DNA of 64,000 nucleotides, taken from NCBI GenBank assembly GCA_964019335.1, contig OZ025654.1, positions 372,001 through 436,000 of the forward strand, in the 5' to 3' direction. Below are positions 1 through 8,771 of this stretch, in pieces (within the stretch, counting starts at the first letter, position 1; each line of letters begins with the position of its first letter). Below the pieces are notes generated by a model. It was not told the origin of the DNA, did no database searches, and saw nothing but the letters and a program-made list of their open reading frames with translations. The position numbers and the translations under genes are program-made. The stretch is from Diplonema japonicum. Lineage: Eukaryota; Protista; Euglenozoa: Diplonemea.

Positions 1-482
1 GGAACTGCATCGCGTGGTAACACGCTTACTGCGACATCGAACGCTGGGTCATCTGTGTTTCGTGGTGAGACGAGCTGTTTGTATTCGATGCCGGGGCCTA
101 TCTTCTCAGATGGGAAGCGGATGAACCTCGAGATAGCATTGCCCACCGTGAATGTAGTTCCATCGTGATTTAAAAGGGTTAACGCCATATTGTTCATATG
201 AAGACATGACCCATCTGCTTGGAACAGAATCGACGGCATTGGGAACTGGTCCACCAGGCTCACCACCATTTCTATCGTATCGTCTTGAAGGAGCTCCTCT
301 GCTGGGACGTCGTGTAGCTTCTTCGCTAGAAGTTGTGTTCTGTACATCTTTATCCGCTCCCTCCTCTCCTTTTTCTCAGCAGCCGTTGCTGGCTTGTATC
401 CATCCTCCGCGTCAGCGACAGGGGTGTCTACATCTTGCTCCTCTTCTTGCGCTGGTGCTGTTTTTGTAGCACCGCAGCCCAT
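1..482 (-). CDS. PAS-domain protein with N-terminal MGC dual-acylation motif (5' part only; runs off the window start)
   Basis: Not in the ORF track. My translation from ATG 482 is open to position 1: MGCGATKTAPAQEEEQ...VVSLVDQFPMPSILFQADGSCLHMNNMALTLL..., which matches a PAS N-terminal signature. An A-rich leader lies upstream, as for neighbouring genes. Confidence 0.7.
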   Translation of the reverse strand, partial: MGCGATKTAPAQEEEQDVDTPVADAEDGYKPATAAEKKERRERIKMYRTQLLAKKLHDVPAEELLQDDTIEMVVSLVDQFPMPSILFQADGSCLHMNNMALTLLNHDGTTFTVGNAISRFIRFPSEKIGPGIEYKQLVSPRNTDDPAFDVAVSVLPRDAV

Positions 483-841
483 CCCCTTGTTTTCTGAATA
501 GTTGTGTTTTTTTTTTTTTTTTTTTTTTTTTTTCAATATTTTTTTTTGTTTGAAAATAATAAAAATATAAAAAAAGAAAGTACGAATTTTATTTTCTCTG
601 ACAAAAAAAAAAAAAAAAAAAAGATAACATGGTAAAAGCTTGTTTTTGGGTTTTTCTTTTCGCTCGAGTAAGGGGAGGGGGAGGGGTTGGCAGCAAGGTT
701 AAAAACAATGAAAACCGGTCTTGTGCTCCCGGTCGCACCCCGAGGCGCAGTCGAAGTCCACAGGCACTGCAGGTGCTCCTTCGGTACAAGAGGGGCGTTA
801 ATTCATAAGGGTTCATCGATGCAAGCCATATTTTTTGTTTA

Positions 842-910
842 TGCAAACCGTTTTCACCTGCAGTAGGGATGGACGGACAAGCTGTCTCTACTCTTATGAC
901 AATTCTTTAC
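842..910. repeat. Dispersed intergenic repeat family A, copy 1
   Basis: Core ccgttttcacct(g/a)cagtagggat..acggacaagctg.ctctactctt recurs at ~25581, 26965 (partial), 32620, 45381, 51155, 51433, 59911 and 60235, always in the same orientation. Confidence 0.85.
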
Positions 911-1170
911 ACAGCCGGGGGAAAAAAAAAGAAAGAAAAGCAGAAGTACGTCCCTACTCAGCGCAAAAAGAATACAAGTTTATTATTATTATTAAACCAT
1001 ATTGTATTTTGAAAATAAAAAAGAGAATGATTTTTTTTTTTTTCGTTTTCATCACCACACTGAGGTTATTATTTTGTTTCTTTTTTCTAAAAAACTGTTC
1101 AGGGTGGTGGCTTGAGAGGGAGGAGGGTGGGTGTTTATTGTATTTTTTTTTTTTTTGTGCGGGTAGAGTC

Positions 1171-1347
1171 CTAACTTGACCCCTAAGTTTTCGAAATGCT
1201 CAAATTCCGCCCCTACGTTTCCAGAGACTTAGGAAACCTTGGGGACCCGGATCAGAAACCTTTCCCTCTTTAAAGATAGACCTTGAACATTGCTCAAACT
1301 AAGGGGGTGGGTTTTGAGCATTTCTCCGAACTTAGGGGTCAAGTTAG
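1171..1347. mobile_element. MITE-like element with ~50-bp imperfect terminal inverted repeats
   Basis: ctaacttgacccctaagtt (1171-1189) is the exact reverse complement of aacttaggggtcaagttag (1329-1347). Pairing continues inward (gaaatgctcaaa / tttgagcatttc). No coding capacity. Confidence 0.7.
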
Positions 1348-1379
1348 CAGTTTTTCTCTTTTTTTTTTGTTTAGTAATT

Positions 1380-1414
<35 letters not shown>

Positions 1415-2853
1415 TAACCCCCCCTTCGCCGCCTGTTAAACACATGGTGGACAAGGCAACACCCGGTCTACACGGCAGGAAAACAGCCCTAACCTATTGC
1501 TGAAACCGATTGCAACCTATTGCTCGGTTACAGCAATAGGTGTAGGTGTCAAGACAAAGCAGGAGGAGGGGTATTTAATAAAACACATGTTGGACAAGTG
1601 TTCTTCTGTTCTAGGAGGGGGCAAGAAATGTATATTGTGAGAAAATAAAAACAGAACTACACCCCTCTTTCTTTTGTTTTTCTCCAACGCAATTTGAAAA
1701 AGTGCACGGAAGGGGGGGGGGGGGGACTGAACCCTTATTCACCTCAACTTTTTTTCTTCTTTCTTTTGAAAAATATTGTCTAAAAATGCCGGGGGGGTAC
1801 AAATCCGCAGGGGCTTTATAACCCGTAACATTATAACCTTATAACCCGTCCGCCCTTTGTACAGACAAGTCGATGACTCGCTGACAGTTACTTAAGGAGA
1901 GGAGATTCAATAGAAATGTGTAAGCTCATAAACCTCTGCAAATCCCTGAAAGACCTCCGGTTTCTTTTTTGGCTTTTTTCTTTCTGGGGGGGGGGGGGGG
2001 TTCAGAAGAATATAAATAAATAAAAAAAGAAAGAAATACCGAATATGAAGTACCTCTTAAAAGTATAGTCTTAAAAAAACAAAATCACGGGGGGGGGGGG
2101 GGTGCAAATTTACCTACAGTTGTCCTTTCCACCCAGGTTTCACCACAGCCGAACTGCGGCACCGGACTGAAACAAAAAGAGGGGAAAGCAAGCATGGAAA
2201 GATAAAAGACGGTTCGGTGAGGGGGGTGGGGTGGGGGGAGAAGAAAACAAATCGGGAAAAGGAATAGGCCGCAGCTACAAAGCAATAGAATCCCCCATGT
2301 GTGTTGGGTTTCTGTCCCGAAATGCAATACGCTTCGCTAAACCGGTGACACGAAGTTCCATGTGACGGTCCTTAAAAGGTGACTTCCAAAAAAAAAAAAA
2401 AAAAAAAAAAAAAAACTACAGATAAATTACAAAACCTGAACTAAAAGCGCTTTTCCGATGGACTATACTCTTTATAAAAAAAAATAGAAGAAGAAAAAAA
2501 AAATACTTTTTTTGCATGTCGCACATTTCAGATCTTTTTCTTTCCTCTAGACGGTGTGTAGAACCTGTGTACAAACGGGTGCAGGACCATTTTCTTTCAC
2601 CTGGAAGATTCTGGGTCTTTTCTACCACACGAACTCTTTTTTTTTCTCCTTCTTTTTCCCCTTGTCCAAGCAAAAATAACTTCTTTTTCGTTTTATTTTT
2701 CATTTCCTTTTCATTTTTGTTCCTTCATCAGGCTGGTACGCAGTATGCTTCTATTCATCAGAAGGACTACGTCATCCTGTGTGTTGCCTTTCTCTTTCTT
2801 TCTTTCTTTCTTTCTTAGAAACAAAACGAATAATAAAAGAGGCTGCAGCCCTT

Positions 2854-5403
2854 TTAAAATTCAGTTCTCTTCACACCATCACCGCAGCCTGAAGAAGTGC
2901 TGGGAGTGCCGAGAGACTCGCCGTTCTGTGCTATTGCAATGGGTAATGCGAATGTTTTGTCGTTCGTTCCAGAGAGAGACACCCACTTTCCCTTAAGACT
3001 GCAACTGTCATACAGAGACATCGAGTCAAGGTCTTCATCCCCCTGGCATTCCCACGTGAGGGGTACTTCGGTGTTCGCCAGGAGCCATGCCTGCAGCTTG
3101 GTGCGCCGTCCGGACCAAGCAATGTACACTTCGCAGCACACATCGACCACAACCTTCGCAAGAAGCAGAACCACAGCCATCAGCAACAGGTGCGATGCCA
3201 CAGAAAACAGATTCCCCTCAAGATCCTCCTTGTAATACCCCACCCCCATCAGCAGCATCGCCACACCTTGCAACCCAAGCATTACTATATCCAAACTCGA
3301 GTCCCTGAACCTTGCATGTGGCCATAACTTTGCCTCCAACAACAGCATCGAGAAGAATATCACTCCTGTGAAGACCTTCTTGTGCCCGCACCCCACATAG
3401 CTGTCTGTCTCTGCTGCCGAGATCGCCGATATTGCCAACGACGCTGTGTACTCGATCAACGCGTACCACGCTGTGTCCTGCCTGAAGGTGCGCATTGAAG
3501 AGGCGTATCGCTGTACCCAGTGGCACCGCTTCTCCTTACTGGCCCATTCCCCTGCACCGAGGAGCACCTCTCGCCATTGATTGCACCTCTCCTTCACATA
3601 CACCGCAAGTCGAGGGACTGCATTCTTTACTTGCAGGAACACCACAACAGGGACCGCGACGCAGGTGCACATGCTGACAGCCCCGAGGATGAAGCCAGCA
3701 GGGTTCGGCGGGTGGATGATGAGGTTGATGGAGCCGAGGGTGGTCCCTTGGTAGAAGAGCTGGAAGACAACAAGTGGGGCCGATGGGAACCGCATCCACC
3801 CCTGTGTGTCCAGCCCGTTGAACAGCCGGGGGAACATCTTCGCACCACCGCACGTTGCGATCTTCACAAGGACAAAGCACAGCAGCCCGAACCCGAAGGT
3901 GATGGCGAAGTTCCCCACCACAAGCCCCAGCGCCTCGCTGTCCCAGATCTCCATCTGGGTGGGGTGCAGGGAGCGAGGGAGCTGTGGCTTGGCGTTCGGT
4001 GTGCACTGCAAACTGGACACAATGAGGCGTGTTGCTGTCCCTGCTGTGCCGCCGAGTGCAGCCGATCCGAAGGCAGCAGCAGTGCCCACAGATCTGACGC
4101 TGTCCTTGCTGGCAAGCACCTCAGGAGCGACTGTGGCGGGGGCATGCGTCGGCACTGCTGTCGGCACCATCGTCGGCATCAAGGTAGCTGGCAACAACGT
4201 TGCAGGCACTGAAGTCGACGGAGCCATGGTGTCCACCATAGGGACCCCGGTATCGGGGGGAATGGTCAAGGGCGCCGCGGTTACAGGTGCCATGGTTAAG
4301 GGTGCCACAGTTGGAGGTGATGTAGGAGGTGATGTAGGGCCCGCAGTTGGCTCAACTGTTGGCGCTATGGTGTCAGGCACCCCCGTCGGCGGGATCGGGG
4401 TGGGGGCAGGCGTGGGGGGAGGGATGTCCAGAACATGAAACCCACCCACACCACGGCACATGTAGATGAACCCTTCCGCTTCGTCACTGCCCACACCAAT
4501 CGTGGGATCCCCAGGAATCGCTATCTCAGTGAAATTAGGTTGAAGTGGGATTTTGCCTGAAAACTCGGTGAATGAAAGACTGCTGAGAGCGGATAAGTAA
4601 AGCGCTTCCGTCGTTTTGAAGCAACCCCCGAGGCTCGAGTCCGCGTGGCCGAAGGTGACGGTGCTGCTTGTGATGTTGAACTGGAAGGCTCTCTTGTCGG
4701 TGGAGGTGTAGAAGATCTCCTCGGGCTGCTTCGACACACACAGCCCAGCACCGACGCTCGTTGCATACAATCCGATCGAGAAACGTTCGGTCATCGTTGA
4801 TGTCCCAGGCTTCGTTGTGTAGTACGCAAAATGTGTGCTGTAAAGCGCGTAAAGCCGCTCCGTCACAGGGTCATAATGCAAATCTGCACAGCTGGAGTAG
4901 CGCAAGTCACGGTAGTAGGTGTCAAGAAATGGCAGTCCCGAGTTTAAATTGAAAATCTGTATGCCATACTGCATGCAGGTGTAGAGATAGGTTTTCCCCT
5001 TTGAGTCTGTCACAATCTCGAGATCAACTCCGTCCTTAAAGATAGCGTCACCCAGTGCTATAACCTTGAGGACGGGTGAGGCTGGGTCGGAAATATCGAT
5101 TTGCAAGACCTTGTTATCTGCAGTCAGCGCGTAGATGTGCTTTTCGTGTATGTCAAGTGCGACAATATCACCGACCGCCAGGCTGCTTGTTTGAACGATA
5201 GCACTGCTGGGGTTTAACTTATTTGGTATGCCGCTCATATTTGCCACCACCAAGCCTCCCTTTCCTGCTGTGTAGACCATATCATCCCGTGTTACATAAT
5301 TTATCGCGGTGAAACCTGTTGGCAAGGACAACGATCCCACAATTTCCTGTGCTGTGGTGTTCAATGCTAAGAGCAACAACGTTGCGAGCCCTCTGAGCGC
5401 CAT
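2854..5403 (-). CDS. 7-TM surface protein (bodonin/DGF-1-C-like) with beta-propeller (LVIVD-like) ectodomain and Pro/Thr stalk
   Basis: 849-aa ORF with signal peptide MALRGLATLLLLALNTTA, LVIVD-like segments (VLQIDISDPASP, GFHVLDI), a PT-rich stalk, and ~7 hydrophobic segments after LPRSLHPTQMEIW. Confidence 0.85.
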   Translation of the reverse strand: MALRGLATLLLLALNTTAQEIVGSLSLPTGFTAINYVTRDDMVYTAGKGGLVVANMSGIPNKLNPSSAIVQTSSLAVGDIVALDIHEKHIYALTADNKVLQIDISDPASPVLKVIALGDAIFKDGVDLEIVTDSKGKTYLYTCMQYGIQIFNLNSGLPFLDTYYRDLRYSSCADLHYDPVTERLYALYSTHFAYYTTKPGTSTMTERFSIGLYATSVGAGLCVSKQPEEIFYTSTDKRAFQFNITSSTVTFGHADSSLGGCFKTTEALYLSALSSLSFTEFSGKIPLQPNFTEIAIPGDPTIGVGSDEAEGFIYMCRGVGGFHVLDIPPPTPAPTPIPPTGVPDTIAPTVEPTAGPTSPPTSPPTVAPLTMAPVTAAPLTIPPDTGVPMVDTMAPSTSVPATLLPATLMPTMVPTAVPTHAPATVAPEVLASKDSVRSVGTAAAFGSAALGGTAGTATRLIVSSLQCTPNAKPQLPRSLHPTQMEIWDSEALGLVVGNFAITFGFGLLCFVLVKIATCGGAKMFPRLFNGLDTQGWMRFPSAPLVVFQLFYQGTTLGSINLIIHPPNPAGFILGAVSMCTCVAVPVVVFLQVKNAVPRLAVYVKERCNQWREVLLGAGEWASKEKRCHWVQRYASSMRTFRQDTAWYALIEYTASLAISAISAAETDSYVGCGHKKVFTGVIFFSMLLLEAKLWPHARFRDSSLDIVMLGLQGVAMLLMGVGYYKEDLEGNLFSVASHLLLMAVVLLLAKVVVDVCCEVYIAWSGRRTKLQAWLLANTEVPLTWECQGDEDLDSMSLYDSCSLKGKWVSLSGTNDKTFALPIAIAQNGESLGTPSTSSGCGDGVKRTEF

Positions 5404-6514
5404 TTCATTTTAATGTTTAATAACCTATTTTGTTTTATTTCTTTTTTGTCAGAACGATAATGAGCGGGGGTCAAAAAAAAGAGTAAAAAAATCTTTTCTT
5501 TTATCCCCCCCCCTTTTTTTTCCTTTTTCGTTCCCTTAAAGTTTCTTTCTTTTTTTTATCCTTTTTTTTATGAGTCTTTTTAAAGTTAGGTACTTTGGAT
5601 AGATCGGGCTCCCTACAAATCTTTTTTTCTTGTGGTGGGCGATAAGGGTAACCGAAAAGAGAAAAAGAAGAAAGAACCTCCTGATGCCATTTCTTCGTTC
5701 AGGAAGATCGTTTCTTTTTCTTTTAAATTCTTTAACTGCACTTAGCTACCAGTACTTCATTTCTATTGTTCACGAAAAAAAAAAAAAAAAAAGAAAAGAT
5801 CACTTTGGAAAACACTCGGAAAAACAAAATAGGACAGGGTTTCGAAGAAAAAGATGTCTTTGAAGAGAACCTGCAGGTATATGACAGGATCGTCTAAAGG
5901 AAGAAGAAAACTATTCTCATAATTTTTTTGCAGTTTACTTTTTTGCGCTCACCGGCCTAGATGGGTTTAGCCCCATAGTCCCCGTGGCGCGCTGACGGGG
6001 TGCCAAAAATAAAAAAGAATTAGAGAAAAAAAAATGGTTCACTGTGGCTGGGACAACCCCAACACCAAGGATTAAAAAAAAAAAATCACTATGATAAAAA
6101 AAATCTTTAAAAAAAAAACGGAAATTCGTTTCTCTCCCCCGCGATTATCCCACAAAGTAAGGTTCATGTGGACAGGGGAGGGCATCTTTTTTTTTTTTGT
6201 TTTGTTTTTGTTTCTTTCGTTTCTTTTTCAAAAGATTACTAGGTTCCGCGCACTTCTTGAGGGTTTCTATCCCAAGAACCTTTACTTTTAAGGATCCTGG
6301 ATTTCCTATTTAAAAAAAAAAAAAAAGGAAAATTGTATCGAGCCCATTATCTATATTACTACAGGAAACTGGTCGTAGCTTGCGCCCCAGGATAGAAATC
6401 GAGGAGAAGTTTATTGCCTTCTTCAAAGGCTCGTTCTTGAAGTAATAAGGATACAAAGCGTGGAAAACTAATAAAAAAAAAGATAGAAGAAGAAAAAAAT
6501 AATTCTTTATGACT

Positions 6515-6594
6515 ATATGTCTTTGTTGTTCGCACGAGCAAAAAAGGTTTTTTTAAAAAGCTGCGAAAGTTTTTTGCTCGGCACAAGTTGCATA
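6515..6594. repeat. Dispersed repeat family C (also ~27101-27190 and ~45588-45692)
   Basis: Shared tatgtcttt..gttgtt.gcacgagcaaaa...gctcggcacaagttgcata. It follows family A at two loci. Confidence 0.65.
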
Positions 6595-7671
6595 TAGTTA
6601 TAAAATCATTTTTTGAAAGATAAATATTTGTAACAAAAAAAAAAAACCACCCTTACCTTCTCTCTAGAACTCAAGAAGACATGATGGGGCTCGGATGGCT
6701 CTTCTTTGCTTTCCCTTGAAACACAATATAAAAACAAAAAACAAAAAAAAAAACTAAACTAAAATATACCCAGACGCAAGGAAGGGAGAAACAGATTCGA
6801 GGGGAAGTCCCAATGATTTGGGGGAGGGGGGGAATAAAGTACCAATAAAAGACGTATTAGAAGGAAACCTGCAGTATATGACAGGACCGCCTTAATAAAA
6901 ATGACCACTCTAAAAAGTAAGAAATGATCAAATCTTTATAAATAACAAAGGAAGGTGTAGCCTCTCACCCTCCGTTATTTAAAATTCGTACTTTCTTTTC
7001 TTTTTTTTTTTTCTTTTTAAATATTTTCGCCTCGAGTTGCGTATTTTTGCTTTTAAATAAGCGGTGCATTTAAAAGAACTCCGCGGGGGGAAAAAGAAAA
7101 AGAGAAACTGGCCATCATTTGTACGTGCAGGCAGAAAAAACCTAGAGGACCTCTTTAACCCGTAATCACGTTTTTCTTTGACAGTCGAAAACCGTTTCTT
7201 GAGAAAAAAAAAAGAAAAGAAGAAGAAGAAAAAAAAAAGAGCACTAATAGTTTATATTTCCTTGTTCTTTCTTCTTTAAGAGGCCGGATATAGCTTTTTT
7301 CTTTCTGCTTTCTTCTTTTTTCTTCGTTTCTTTTGCTTTGAATTGTAAAACACGTTGCCAATGACTCGTTCTTGCACAAAACCCATCAATTCAAAAGTGA
7401 AGCTCGAATTGCTCCTTTGTCTTCAAGTCCTCAACCCATGAAACGGGTGCAAACACCTTTCCAAGGTTCGGCAAAACGCCTTGAAAAGGATATCTTTTCC
7501 GAATACGATTTCTTTTTTCTTCTTCTTCTTTTTTTAATCTAAGAATGAATAAATAAGCTCTTCAAATCTTCTTTTTTCTTATTATTAAAAAAAAAAGAGC
7601 TATTTGTTTCACAACGAAACCGAGACCCATGGGTTTTTCGATTGATAGATAGGGTGCGGTTTAAAAAAAAG

Positions 7672-7813
7672 AAATCACTATGATAGGAACGAAGTGGTTA
7701 GCAACGGTCCGCCAAAAAAAAAAAAAAAGGGAAAAGGCTTTTGAAACAAAGGATGAATAGAAGGAAAACAAATTCACTATGATAGGAACGAAGTGGTTAG
7801 CAACGGCCCGCCG
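7672..7813. repeat. ~40-bp direct duplication
   Basis: tcactatgataggaacgaagtggttagcaacgg.ccgcc at ~7675 and ~7775, with a related copy at ~49222. Confidence 0.8.
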
Positions 7814-8581
7814 CGGTGGCGTGCCTATGATGCTCCCCTTTTGGGGTCGTTCCCTGCTACCCACCGTAGTGCCTAGCTGTCGTTTATATCTTCCAATCCT
7901 TTCTTTCCGGTAATCTTCTCTCAGTCCTTTCAGCTTGGTCGCCGTCAGCCCCAAAACAAATAAAAAATCGATCTTTTAACATTACACAAGTCAAACGACT
8001 CCGACCGCAGTCGGCTCCAAAGTGTACCATAAAGTACATGGGGTAGGGGCAGGGGTGGGGGTGTTTGTAGACAAATGACACATTAGGAGTGAGCATCTAC
8101 CTGTGCCCGTGCAGCGCCACCTCTGGACGGGTGCCTAGGTAGTTGCTCCCCGCATGACAGCCGCCAAGGTTGCCTATTCTTGGCTAAGAAGTCAAATATT
8201 GCTCTCCTGCTCCACCCGATCACCGACTTCGTCCCCCGATAGATCGCAGCGTTCGCGGCTCAGCAGAAAAAAAAGAAAAAAAAAGGTACACTTTCAACGA
8301 AGGTACCGTGATAATGAGAGGTGGGAAATCTTGTTAGGAAGGGCAAAGTTGAGGAAGGTGGGGGGGGAGGTTTATCTTTTATTCAATCTATTGCGAGAGG
8401 TACCCGATGACGAAGGTGTAAGAACTACTTACTTACCGACGGGCGCATCCTCGTATCTGGTTGGCAAGCTTTGCTTCCCTCCCCGTTCCTTTCTTCAATC
8501 GCCTTTGCCCGCTAAAAGAAAATGAGAGGGTGTTAAACTACCCCCGCGTAAAAGGTAAAAAAAATGCAGCGGAAGGGAGGG

Positions 8582-8722
8582 AGGGGCGGCTATGTTGGCA
8601 AGGAAACGCGTTCTTTTGAAAATAAGGAAACGGAAACGGAAACGGAAACGTTTCCTTATGTTGGGGCCGTTTCCTCAAGTATCTGAATAAAAAGGAAACG
8701 GAAAAGTTTCTTATAGCCCTGG
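8582..8722. repeat. GGAAAC-rich palindromic dispersed element (second copy ~49446-49592)
   Basis: Both loci share gggcggctatg.tggcaaggaaacgcgtt, tandem cggaaa, the palindrome ggaaacgtttcc and aagtatctgaa. Confidence 0.8.
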
Positions 8723-8771
8723 AAGGGGGGGGGGGGGGGGGGAAGACAACAACAAAAAGAATAACGCTGCC

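Noticed and set aside
1492-1541. Small inverted repeat acctattgctg...cagcaataggt
   Set aside because: Short and single-copy; nothing supports a function.
7672-7813. Direct repeats with a spacer, superficially CRISPR-like
   Set aside because: Only two units, a homopolymeric spacer, no cas genes and a eukaryotic context.
7820-8525. Coding-like stretch (ORFs 7661..7954, 7884..8096, 8154..8525)
   Set aside because: No recognisable motif. It may be a decayed element, but I cannot support a call.
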